From the NCBI GenBank assembly GCA_964016885.1, contig OZ024741.1:48546001-48610000 (forward strand): a DNA stretch of 64,000 nt. Reading direction: 5' to 3'. The notes under the pieces were generated by a model. The model saw only the letters and a list, made by a program, of their open reading frames with translations. It ran no database searches and had not been told where the DNA came from. The stretch is from Eledone cirrhosa. Lineage: Eukaryota. Made by a program: the position numbers and the translations under genes. Shown piece by piece: positions 40,501 to 55,500 of the stretch (positions are counted from its first letter, which is position 1; each line of letters opens with the position of its first letter).

Positions 40501-43500
40501 AATATTCTCCGCTATTACAGTCTAAATATTCTTCACTACTACGGTCTAAATATTCTTCACTATTACAGTCTAAATATTCTTCACTACTACGGTCTAAATA
40601 TTCTCCGCTATTACAGTCTAAATATTCTCCACTATTACAGTGTAAATATTCTTCGCTACTACGGTCTAAATATTCTCCGTTATTACAGTCTAAATATTCT
40701 CCACTATTACAGTCTAAAAATTCTTCATTACTACGGTCTAAATATTCTCCACTATTACAGTCTAAATATTCTCCGCTATTACAGTCTAAAGATTCTCCCC
40801 TATTACAGTCTAAATATTCTCCGCTATTACAGTTTAAATATTCTCCGCTACTACAGTCTAAATGTTCTCCGCTATTACAGTCTAAATATTCTCCACTATT
40901 ACAGTCTAAATATTCTCCACTATTACAGTCTAAATATTCTCCATTATTACGATCTAAATATTCTCCACTATTACGGTCTAAATATTCTCCACTATTACAG
41001 TCTAAATATTCATCACTACTACGGTCTAAATACTCTCCACTATTACAGTCTAAATATTCTTCACTACTACGGTCTAAATATTCTCCACTATTACAGTCTA
41101 AATATTCTCCAATATTACAGTCTAAATATTCTTCACTACTACGGTCTCAATATTCTCCGCTATTACAGTCTAAATATTCTGCACTATTACAGTCTAACTA
41201 TTCTCCACTATTACAGTCTAAATATTCTCCGCTATTACAGTCTAAATATTCTTCACTAATAGTGTCTAAATATTCTCCACTATTACAGTCTAAATATTCT
41301 CCGCTATTACAGTCTAAATATTCACAACTATTACAGTCTAAATATTCTTCACTACTACTGTCTAAATATTGTCCGCTATTACAATCTAAATATTCTCCAC
41401 TATTACAGTCTAAATATTCTCCACTATTACAGTCTAAATATTCTCCACTATTAGGGTCTAAATACTCTCCACTATTACAGTCTAAATATTCTCAACTATT
41501 ACAGTCTAAATATTCTCAACTATTACGGTCTAAATATTTTCCACTATTAGGGTCTAATTATTCTCCACTATTACAGTCTAAATATTCTCCACTATTACAG
41601 TCTAAATATTCTCCGCTATTACAGTCTAAATATTCTTCACTACTACGGTCTAAATATTCTTCACTATTACAGTCTAAATATTCTCCACTATTACAGTCTA
41701 AATATTCTCCACTATTACAGTCTAAATATTCTCCACTACTACGGTCTAAATATTCTCCGCTATTACAGTCTAAATATTCTCCACTATTATAGTGTAAATA
41801 TTCTTCGCTACGACCGTCTAAATATTCTCCGCTATTACAGTCTAAATATTCTCCACTATTACAGTCTAAAAATTCTTCATTACTACGGTGTAAATATTCT
41901 CCACTATTACAGTCTAAATATTCTCCGCTATTACAGTCTAAATATTCTCCCCTATTACAGTCTAAATATTCTCCACTATTACAGTCTAAATATTCTCCGC
42001 TATTACAATCTAAATATTCTCCGCTATTACAGTCTAAATATTCTCCGCTATTACAGTCTAAATATTCTCCGCTATTACAGTTTAAATATTCTCCGCTATT
42101 ACAGTCTAAATATTTTCCACTATTACAGTCTAAATATTCTCCACTATTACAGTCTAAATAGTCTCCACTATTACAGTCTAAATATTCTCCACTATTACGA
42201 TCTAAATATTCTCCACTATTACGGTCTAAATATTCTCCACTATTACAGTCTAAATATTATTCACTACTACGGTCTAAATACTCTCCACTATTACAGTCTA
42301 AATATTCTCCACTATTACAGTCTAAATATTCTCCACTATTACATTCTAAGTATTATCCACTATTACAGTCTAAATATTCTCCACTATTACAGTCTAAATA
42401 TTCTTCACTACTACGGTCGAAATATTCTCCTCTATTACAGTCTAAATATTCTCCACTATTACAGTCTAAATATTCTCCACTATTACAGTCTAAATATTCT
42501 TCACTACTACGGTCTAAATATTCTCCGCTATTACAGTCTAAAAATTCTCCACTATTACAGTCTAAATATTCTTCACAAATACGGTCTAAATATTCTCCAC
42601 TATTACAGTCTAAATATTCTCCACTATTACAGTCTAAATATTCTTCATTACTACGTCTAAAAATTATCCACTATTACAGTCTAAATATTCTCCATTATTA
42701 CAGTCTAAATATTCTCCACTATTACAGTCTAAATATTCTCCACTATTACAGTCTAAATATTCTCCACTATTACAGTCTAGATATTCTCCACTATTACAGT
42801 CTAAATATTCTTCACTACTACGGTCTAAATATTCTCCACTATTACGGTCTAAATATTTTCCACTATTAGGGTCTAAATATTCTCCACTATTACAGTCTAA
42901 ATATTCTCCACTATTACAGTCTAAATATTCTCCGCTATTACAGTCTAAATATTCTTCACTACTACGGTCTAAATATTCTTCACTATTACAGTATAAATAT
43001 TCTTCACTACTACGGTCTAAATATTCTCCACTATTACAGTCTAAATATTCTCCGCTATTACAGTCTAAATATTCTCCCCTATTAGAGTCTAAATATTCTC
43101 CACTATTACAGTCTAAATATTCTCAGCTATTACAATCTAAATATTCTCCGCTATTACAGTCTAAATATTCTCCGCTATTACAGTCTAAATATTCTCCGCT
43201 ATTACAGTTTAAATATTCTCCGCTACTACAGTCTAAATATTCTCCGCTATTACAGTCTAAATATTCTCCACTATTACAGTCTAAATATTCTCCACTATTA
43301 CAGTCTAAATATTCTCCATTATTACGATCTAAATATTCTCCACTATTACGGTCTAAATATTCTCCACTATTACAGTCTAAATATTCTTCACTACTACGGT
43401 CTAAATACTCTCCACTATTACAGTCTAAATATTCTTCACTACTACGGTCTAAATATTCTCCACTATTACAGTCTAAATATTCTCCAATATTACTGTCTAA

Positions 43501-46500
43501 ATATTCTTCACTACTACGGTCTCAATATTCTTCGCTATTACAGTCTAAATATTCTCCACTATTACAGTCTGACTATTCTCCACTATTACAGTCTAAATAT
43601 TCTCCGCTATTACAGTCTAAATATACTTCACAATTAGTGTCTAAATATTCTCCACTATTAAAGTCTAAATATTCTCCGCTATTACAGTCTAAATATTGAC
43701 AACTATTACAGTCTAAATATTCTTCACTACTACGGACTAAATATTCTCCGCTATTACAATCTAAATATTCTCCACTATTACAGTCTAAATATTCTCCACT
43801 ATTACAGTCTAACTATTCTCCACTATTAGGGTCTAAATATTCTCCACTATTACAGTCTAAATATTCTCCACTATTACCGTCTAAATATTCTCCACTATTA
43901 GGGTCTAAATATTCTCCACTATTACAGTCTAAATATTCTCAACTATTACAGTCTAAATATTCTCAACTATTACAGGCTAAATATTCTCCACTATTACAGT
44001 CCAAATATTCTCCACTATTACAGTCTAAATATTCTCCACTATTACAGTCTAAATATTCTCCACTATTACAGTCTAAGTATTCTCCGCTATTACAGTCTAA
44101 ATATTCTCCACTATTACAGTCTAAATATTCTTCACTACTACGTTCTAAATATTTTCCACTATTACGGTCTAAATCTTTTCCACTATTAGGGTGTAAATAT
44201 TCTCCACTATTACAGTCTAAATATTCTACACTATTACAGTCTAAATATTCTCCGCTATTACAGTCTAAATATTCTTGACCACTACGGTCTAAATATTCTT
44301 CACTATTAAAGTCTAAATATTCTCCACTATTACAGTCTAAATATTCTCCACTATTACAGTCTAAATATTCTTCACTACTACGGTCTAAATATTCTCCGCT
44401 ATTACAGTCTAAAAATTCTCCACTATTACAGTCTAAATATTCTTCACAAATACGGTCTAAATATTCTATTACATTCTAAATATTCTCCACTATTACAGTC
44501 TAAATATTCTCCACTATTACAGTCTAAATATTCTCCACTATTACAGTCTAAATATTCTTCACTACTACGGTCTAAATATTCTCCACTATTACAGTCTAAA
44601 TATTCTCCACTATTACAGTCTAAATATTCTCCGCTATTACAGTCTAAATATTCACTATTACGGTCTAAATATTCTCCGTTATTACAGTCTAAATATACTT
44701 CGCTACTACGGTCTAAATATTCTCCGCTATTACAGTCTAAATATTCTCCACTATTACAGTCTAAATATTCTTCATTACTACATTCTAAATATTCTCCACT
44801 ATAACAGTCTAAATATTCTCCACTATTACAGTCTAAATATTCTTCATTACTACGTCTCAAAATTCTCCACTATTACAGTCTAAATATTCTCCACTATTAC
44901 AGTCTAAATATTCTCCACTATTACAGTCTAAATATTCTTCACTACTACGGTCTAAATATTCTCCAGTATTACAGTCTAAATATTCTCCAATATTACAGTC
45001 TAAATATTCTTCACTACTACGGTCTAAATATTCTCCGCTATTACAGTCTAAATATTCTCCACTATTACAGTCTAAATATTCTCCACTATAACAGTCTAAA
45101 TATTCTCCACTATTACAGTCTAAATATTCTTCATTACTACGTCTCAAAATTCTCCACTATTACAGTCTAAATATTCTCCACTATTACAGTCTAAATATTC
45201 TCCACTATTACAGTCTAAATATTCTTCACTATTACGGTCTAAATATTTTCCACTATTAGGGTGTAAATATTCTCCACTATTACAGTCTAAATATTCTCCA
45301 CTATTACAGTCTAAATATTCTCCGCTATTACAGTCTAAATATTCTTCACTACTACGGTCTAAATATTCTTCACTATTACAGTCTAAATATTCTTCACTAT
45401 TACAGTCTAAATATTCTCCACTATTACAGTCTAAATATTCTTCACTACTACGGTCTAAATATTCTCCGCTATTACAGTCTAAAACTCTCCACTATTACAG
45501 TCTAAATATTCTTCACAAATACGGTCTAAATATTCTATTACAGTCTAAATATTCTCCACTATTACAGTCTAAATATTTTTCATCACTACGTCTAAATATT
45601 CTCCACTATTACAGTCTAAATATTCTCCACTATTACAGTCTATATATTCTTCACTACTACGGTCTAAATATTCTCCACTATTACAGTCTAAATATTCTCC
45701 ACTATTACAGTCTAAATATTCTCCGCTATTACAGTCTAAATATTCACTATTACGGTCTAAATATTCACTATTACGGTCTAAATATTCTCCGTTATTACAG
45801 TCTAAATATACTTCGCTACTACGGTCTAAATATTCTCCGCTATTACAGTCTAAATATTCTCCACTATTACAGTCTAAATATTCTTCATTACTACGGTCTA
45901 AATATTCTCCACAATTACGGTCTAAATATTCTCCACTATTACAGTCTAAATATTCTTCATTACTACGTCTCAAAATTCTACACTATTACAGTCTAAATAT
46001 TCTCCACTATTACAGTCTAAATATTCTCCACTATTACAGTCTAAATATTCTCCACTACTACGGTCTAAATATTCTCCGCTATTACAGTCTAAATATTCTC
46101 CACTATTACAGTCTAACTATTCTCCACTATTACAGTCTAAATATTCTCCGCTATTATAGTCTAAATATTCTTCACTATTAGTGTCTAAATATTCTCCACT
46201 ATTACAGTCTAAATATTCTCCGCTATTACAGTCTAAATATTCTCCACTATTACAGTCTAAATATTCTTCACTACTACGGTCTAAATATTCTCCGCTATTA
46301 CAATCTAAATATTCTCCACTATTACAGTCTAAATATTCTCCACTATTACAGTCTAAATATTCTCCACTATTACAGTCTAAATATTCTTCATTACTACGGT
46401 CTAAATATTCTCCACTATTACAGTCTAAATATTCTCCACTATTACAGTCTAAATATTCTTCATTACTACGTCTCAAAATTCTCCACTATTACAGTCTAAA

Positions 46501-49500
46501 TATTCTCCACTATTACAGTCTAAATATTCTCCACTATTACAGTCTAAATATTCTTCACTACTACGGTCTAAATATTCTCCAGTATTACAGTCTAAATATT
46601 CTCCAATATTACAGTCTAAATATTCTTCACTACTACGGTCTAAATATTCTCCGCTATTACAGTCTAAATATTCTACACTATTACAGTCTAAATATTGTTC
46701 ACTATTAGGGTCTAAATATTCTCCACTATTACAGTCTAAATATTCTCCGCTATTACAGTCTAAATATTCTCCACTATTACAGTCTAACTATTCTCCACTA
46801 TTACAGTCTAAATATTCTCCGCTATTATAGTCTAAATATTCTTCACTATTAGTGTCTAAATATTCTCCACTATTACAGTCTAAATATTCTCCGCTATTAC
46901 AGTCTAAATATTCTCCACTATTACAGTCTAAATATTCTTCACTACTACGGTCTAAATATTCTCCGCTATTACAATCTAAATATTCTCCACTATTACAGTC
47001 TAAATATTCTCCACTATTACAGTCTAAATATTCTCCACTATTACAGTCTAAATATTCTCCACTATTACAGTCTAAATATTCTCCACTATTACAGTCTAAA
47101 TATTCTCCACTATTACAGTCTAAATATTCTCCACTATTAGGGTCTAAATATTCTCCACTATTACAGTCTAAATATTCCCAACTATTACAGTCTAAATATT
47201 CTCAACTATTACAGGCTAAATATTCTCCATAATTACAGTCTAAATATTCTCCACTATTACAGTCTAAATATTCTCCATTATTACAGTCTAAATATTCTCA
47301 ACTATTACAGTCTAAATATTCTTCACTACTACGGTCTAAATATTCTCCACTATTACAGTGTAAATATTCTCCACTATTACAGTCTAAATATTCACCACTA
47401 TTACAGTCTAAATATTCTCCACTATTACAGTCTAAATATTCTCCACTATTACAGTCTAGATATTCTCCACTATTACAGTCTAAATATTCTTCACTACTAC
47501 GGTCTAAATATTCTCCACTATTACGGTCTAAATATTTTCCACTATTAGGGTCTAAATATTCTCCACTATTACAGTCTAAATATTCTCCACTATTACAGTC
47601 TAAATATTCTCCGCTATTACAGTCTAAATATTCTTCACTACTACGGTCTAAATATTCTTCACTATTACAGTCTAAATATTCTTCACTACTACGGTCTAAA
47701 TATTCCCCGCTATTACAGTCTAAATATTCTCCACTATTACAGTGTAAATATTCTTCGCTACTACAGTCTAAATATTCTCCGTTATTACAGTCTAAATATT
47801 CTCCACTATTACAGTCTAAAAATTCTTCATTACTACGGTCTAAATACTCTCCACTATTACAGTCTAAATATTCTCCACTATTACAGTCTAAATATTCTCC
47901 ACTATTACATTCTAAGTATTCTCCACTATTACAGTCTAAATATTCTCCACTATTACAGTCTAAATATTCTTCACTACTACGGTCCAAATATTCTCCACTA
48001 TTACAGTCTAAATATTCTCCAATATTACAGTCTAAATATTCTTCACTACTACGGTCTAAATATTCTCCGCTATTACAGTCTAAATATTCTCCACTATTAC
48101 AGTCTAACTATTCTCCACTATTAAAGTCTAAATATTCTCCGCTATTACAGTCTAAATATTCTCCACTATTACAGTCTAAATATTCTCCACTATTACAGTC
48201 TAAATATTCTCCACTATTAGGGTCTAAATATTCTCCACTCTTACAGTCTAAATATTCTCAACTATTACAGTCTAAATATTCTCAACTATTACAGGCTAAA
48301 TATTCTCCACTATTACAGTCTAAATATTCTCCACTATTACAGCCTAAATATTCTCCACTATTACAGTCTAAATATTCTCCACTATTACAGTCTAAATATT
48401 CTCCGCTATTACAGTCTAAATATTCTCCACTATTACAGTCTAAATATTCTCCACTATTACAGTCTAAATATTTTCCACTATTACAGTCTAAATATTCTCC
48501 ACTATTTCAGTCTAGATATGCTCCACTATTACAGTCTAAATATTCCTCACTACTACGGTCTAAATATTCTCCACTATTACAGTCTAAATATTCTCCGCTA
48601 TTACAGTCTAAATATTCTTCACTATTAGTGTCTAAATATTCTCCACTATTACAGTCTAAATATTCTCCGCTATTACTGTCTAAATATTCTCAACTATTAC
48701 AGTCTAAATATTCTTCACTACTACGGTCTAAATATTCTCCGCTATTACAATCTGAATATTCTCCACTATTACAGTCTAAATATTCTCCACTATTACGGTC
48801 TAAATATTCTCCACTATTACAGTCTAAATATTCTCCGTTATTACAGTCTAAATATTCTCCACTATTACAGTCTAAAAATTCTTCATTACTACGGTCTAAA
48901 TATTCTCCACTATTACAGTCTAAATATTCTCCGCTATTACAGTCTAAATATTCTCCCCTATTACAATCTAAATATTCTCCGCTATTACAGTCTAAATATT
49001 CTCCGCTATTACAGTCTAAATATTCTCCGCTATTACAGTTTAAATATTCTCCGCTATTACAGTCTAAATATTCTCCACTATTACAGTCTAAATATTATCC
49101 ACTATTACAGTCTAAATATACTCCACTATTACAGTCTAAATATTCTCCACTATTACAATCTAAATATTCTCCACTATTACGGTCTAAATATTCTTCACTA
49201 CTACGGTCTAAATACTCTCCACTATTACAGTCTAAATATTCTCCACTATTACAGTCTAAATATTCTCCACTATTATATTCTAAGTATTCTCCACTATTAC
49301 AGTCTAAATATTCTCCACTATTACAGTCTAAATATTCTCCACTATTACAGTCTAAATATTCTCCACTATTACAGTCTAAATATTCTCCACTATTAGGGTC
49401 TAAATATTCTCCACTCTTACAGTCTAAATATTCTCAACTATTACAGTCTAAATATTCTCAACTATTACAGGCTAAATATTCTCCACTATTACAGTCTAAA

Positions 49501-52500
49501 TATTCTCCACTATTACAGTCTAAATATTCTCCACTATTACAGTCTAAATATTCTCCACTATTACAGTCTAAATATTCTCCGCTATTACAGTCTAAATATT
49601 CTCCACTATTACAGTCTAAATATTCTCCACTATTACAGTCTAAATATTTTCCACTATTACAGTCTAAATATTCTCCACTATTTCAGTCTAGATATTCTCC
49701 ACTATTACAGTCTAAATATTCTTCACTACTACGGTCTAAATATTCTCCACTATTACAGTCTAAATATTCTCCGCTATTACAGTCTAAATATTCTCAACTA
49801 TTACAGTCTAAATATTCTTCACTACTACGGTCTAAATATTCTCCGCTATTACAATCTAAATATTCTCCACTATTACAGTCTAAATATTCTCCACTATTAC
49901 GGTCTAAATATTCTCCACTATTACAGTCTAAATATTCTCCACTATTACAGTCTAAATATTCTCCACTATTACAGTCGAAATATTCTTCACTACTACGGTC
50001 TAAATATTCATCACTATTACGGTCTAAATATTTTCCACTATTAGGGTCTAAATATTCTCCACTATTACAGTCTAAATATTCTCCACTATTACAGTCTAAA
50101 TATTCTCCACTATTACAGTCTAAATATTCTCCACTATTAGGGTCTAAATATTCTCCGCTATTACAGACTAAATATTCTCTACTATTACAGTCTAAATATT
50201 CTCAACTATTACAGGCTAAATATTCTCCACTATTACAGTCTAACTATTCTCCGCTATTACAGTCTAAATATTCTTCACTATTAGTGTCTAAATATTCTCC
50301 ACTATTACAATCTAAATATTCTCCGCTATTACAGTCTAAATATTCTCCACTATTACAGTCTAAATATTCTCCACTATTACAGTCTAAATATTCTCCACTA
50401 TTAGGGTCTAAATATTCTCCACTCTTACAGTCTAAATATTCTCAACTATTACAGTCTAAATATTCTCAACTATTACAGGCTAAATATTCTCCACTATTAC
50501 AGTCTAAATATTCTCCACTATTACAGTCTAAATATTCTCCACTATTACAGTCTAAATATTCTCCACTATTACAGTCTAAATATTCTCCGCTATTACAGTC
50601 TAAATATTCTCCACTATTACAGTCTAAATATTCTCCACTATTACAGTCTAAATATTTTCCACTATTACAGTCTAAATATTCTCCACTATTTCAGTCTAGA
50701 TATTCTCCACTATTACAGTCTAAATATTCTTCACTACTACGGTCTAAATATTCTCCACTATTACAGTCTAAATATTCTCCGCTATTACAGTCTAAATATT
50801 CTTCACTATTAGTGTCTAAATATTCTCCACTATTACAGTCTAAATATTCTCCGCTATTACAGTCTAAATATTCTCAACTATTACAGTCTAAATATTCTTC
50901 ACTACTACGGTCTAAATATTCTCCGCTATTACAATCTAAATATTCTCCACTATTACAGTCTAAATATTCTCCACTATTACGGTCTAAATATTCTCCACTA
51001 TTACAGTCTAAATATTCTCCACTATTACAGTCTAAATATTCTCCACTATTACAGTCGAAATATTCTTCACTACTACGGTCTAAATATTCACCACTATTAC
51101 GGTCTAAATATTTTCCACTATTAGGGTCTAAATATTCTCCACTATTACAGTCTAAATATTCTCCACTATTACAGTCTAAATATTCTCCACTATTACAGTC
51201 TAAATATTCTCCACTATTAGGGTCTAAATATTCTCCACTATTACAGACTAAATATTCTCTACTATTACAGTCTAAATATTCTCAACTATTACAGGCTAAA
51301 TATTCTCCACTATTACAGTCTAAATATTCTCCACTATTACAGTCTAAATATTCTCCACTATTACAGTCTAAATATTCTCCGCTATTACAGTCTAAATATT
51401 CTCCGCTATTACAGTCTAAATATTCTCCGCTATTACAGTCTAAATATTCTCCGCTATTACAGTCTAAATATTCTCCACTATTACAGTCTAAATATTCTCT
51501 ACTATTACAGTCTATATATTCTCCACTATTACAGTCTAAATATTCTCCACTATTACAGTCTAAATATTCTTCACTACTACGGTCTAAATATTCTCCACTA
51601 TTACAGTCTAAATATACTCCACTATTACAGTCTAAATATTCTTCACTACTACGGTCTAAATATTCTCCGCTATTACAGTCTAAATATTCTCCACTATTAC
51701 AGTCTAAATATTCTTCACTATTAGGGTCTAAATATTCTCCACTATTACAGTCTAAATATTCTCCACTATTACAGTCTAAATATTTTCCACTATTACAGTC
51801 TAAATATTCTCCACTATTTCAGTCTAGATATTCTCCACTATTACAGTCTAAATATTCTTCACTACTACGGTCTAAATATTCTCCACTATTACAGTCTAAA
51901 TATTCTCCGCTATTACAGTCTAAATATTCTTCACTATTAGTGTCTAAATATTCTCCACTATTACAGTCTAAATATTCTCCGCTATTACTGTCTAAATATT
52001 CTCAACTATTACAGTCTAAATATTCTTCACTACTACGGTCTAAATATTCTCCGCTATTACAATCTGAATATTCTCCACTATTACAGTCTAAATATTCTCC
52101 ACTATTACGGTCTAAATATTCTCCACTATTACAGTCTAAATATTCTCCGTTGTTACAGTCTAAATATTCTCCACTATTACAGTCTAAAAATTCTTCATTA
52201 CTACGGTCTAAATATTCTCCACTATTACAGTCTAAATATTCTCCGCTATTACAGTCTAAATATTCTCCCCTATTACAGTCTAAATATTCTCCACTATTAC
52301 AGTCTAAATATTCTCCGCTATTACAATCTAAATATTCTCCGCTATTACAGTCTAAATATTCTCCGCTATTACAGTCTAAATATTCTCCGCTATTACAGTT
52401 TAAATATTCTCCGCTATTACAGTCTAAATATTCTCCACTATTACAGTCTAAATATTATCGACTATTACAGTCTAAATATACTCCACTATTACAGTCTAAA

Positions 52501-55500
52501 TATTCTCCACTATTACAATCTAAATATTCTCCACTATTACGGTCTAAATATTCTTCACTACTACGGTCTAAATACTCTCCACTATTACAGTCTAAATATT
52601 CTCCACTATTACAGTCTAAATATTCTCCACTATTATATTCTAAGTATTCTCCACTATTACAGTCTAACTATTCTCCACTATTACAGTCTAAATATTATCG
52701 ACTATTACAGTCTAAATATACTCCACTATTACAGTCTAAATATTCTCCACTATTACAATCTAAATATTCTCCACTATTACGGTCTAAATATTCTTCACTA
52801 CTACGGTCTAAATACTCTCCACTATTACAGTCTAAATATTCTCCACTATTACAGTCTAAATATTCTCCACTATTATATTCTAAGTATTCTCCACTATTAC
52901 AGTCTAACTATTCTCCACTATTACAGTCTAAATATTCTCCGCTATTACAGTCTAAATATTCTTCACTATTAGTGTCTAAATATTCTCCACTATTACAATC
53001 TAAATATTCTCCGCTATTACAGTCTAAATATTCTCCACTATTACAGTCTAAATATTCTCCACTATTACAGTCTAAATATTCTCCACTATTAGGGTCTAAA
53101 TATTCTCCACTCTTACAGTCTAAATATTCTCAACTATTACAGTCTAAATATTCTCAACTATTACAGGCTAAATATTCTCCACTATTACAGTCTAAATATT
53201 CTCCACTATTACAGTCTAAATATTCTCCACTATTACAGTCTAAATATTCTCCACTATTACAGTCTAAATATTCTCCGCTATTACAGTCTAAATATTCTCC
53301 ACTATTACAGTCTAAATATTCTCCACTATTACAGTCTAAATATTTTCCACTATTACAGTCTAAATATTCTCCACTATTTCAGTCTAGATATTCTCCACTA
53401 TTACAGTCTAAATATTCTTCACTACTACGGTCTAAATATTCTCCACTATTACAGTCTAAATATTCTCCGCTATTACAGTCTAAATATTCTTCACTATTAG
53501 TGTCTAAATATTCTCCACTATTACAGTCTAAATATTCTCCGCTATTACAGTCTAAATATTCTCAACTATTACAGTCTAAATATTCTTCACTACTACGGTC
53601 TAAATATTCTCCGCTATTACAATCTAAATATTCTCCACTATTACAGTCTAAATATTCTCCACTATTACGGTCTAAATATTCTCCACTATTACAGTCTAAA
53701 TATTCTCCACTATTACAGTCTAAATATTCTCCACTATTACAGTCGAAATATTCTTCACTACTACGGTCTAAATATTCACCACTATTACGGTCTAAATATT
53801 TTCCACTATTAGGGTCTAAATATTCTCCACTATTACAGTCTAAATATTCTCCACTATTACAGTCTAAATATTCTCCACTATTACAGTCTAAATATTCTCC
53901 ACTATTAGGGTCTAAATATTCTCCACTATTACAGACTAAATATTCTCTACTATTACAGTCTAAATATTCTCAACTATTACAGGCTAAATATTCTCCACTA
54001 TTACAGTCTAAATATTCTCCACTATTACAGTCTAAATATTCTCCACTATTACAGTCTAAATATTCTCCGCTATTACAGTCTAAATATTCTCCGCTATTAC
54101 AGTCTAAATATTCTCCGCTATTACAGTCTAAATATTCTCCGCTATTACAGTTTAAATATTCTCCGCTATTACAGTCTAAATATTCTCCACTATTACAGTC
54201 TAAGTATTATCCACTATTACAGTCTAAATATACTCAACTATTACAGTCTAAATATTCTCCACTATTACAATCTAAATATTCTCCACTATTACGGTCTAAA
54301 TATTCTTCACTACTACGGTCTAAATACTCTCCACTATTACAGTCTAAATATTCTCCACTATTACAGTCTAAATATTCTCCGCTATTACTGTCTAAATATT
54401 CTCAACTATTACAGTCTAAATATTCTCCACTATTACAGTCTAAATATTCTCCGCTATTACTGTCTAAATATTCTCAACTATTACAGTCTAAATATTCTTC
54501 ACTACTACGGTCTAAATATTCTCCGCTATTACAATCTGAATATTCTCCACTATTACAGTCTAAATATTCTCCACTATTACGGTCTAAATATTCTCCACTA
54601 TTACAGTCTAAATATTCTCCGTTATTACAGTCTAAATATTCTCCACTATTACAGTCTAAAAATTCTTCATTACTACGGTCTAAATATTCTCCACTATTAC
54701 AGTCTAAATATTCTCCGCTATTACAGTCTAAATATTCTCCCCTATTACAGTCTAAATATTCTCCACTATTACAGTCTAAATATTCTCCGCTATTACAATC
54801 TAAATATTCTCCGCTATTACAGTCTAAATATTCTCCGCTATTACAGTCTAAATATTCTCCGCTATTACAGTTTAAATATTCTCCGCTATTACAGTCTAAA
54901 TATTCTCCACTATTACAGTCTAAATATTATCGACTATTACAGTCTAAATATACTCCACTATTACAGTCTAAATATTCTCCACTATTACAATCTAAATATT
55001 CTCCACTATTACGGTCTAAATATTCTTCACTACTACGGTCTAAATACTCTCCACTATTACAGTCTAAATATTCTCCACTATTACAGTCTAAATATTCTCC
55101 ACTATTATATTCTAAGTATTCTCCACTATTACAGTCTAACTATTCTCCACTATTACAGTCTAAATATTATCGACTATTACAGTCTAAATATACTCCACTA
55201 TTACAGTCTAAATATTCTCCACTATTACAATCTAAATATTCTCCACTATTACGGTCTAAATATTCTTCACTACTACGGTCTAAATACTCTCCACTATTAC
55301 AGTCTAAATATTCTCCACTATTACAGTCTAAATATTCTCCACTATTATATTCTAAGTATTCTCCACTATTACAGTCTAACTATTCTCCACTATTACAGTC
55401 TAAATATTCTCCGCTATTACAGTCTAAATATTCTTCACTATTAGTGTCTAAATATTCTCCACTATTACAATCTAAATATTCTCCGCTATTACAGTCTAAA

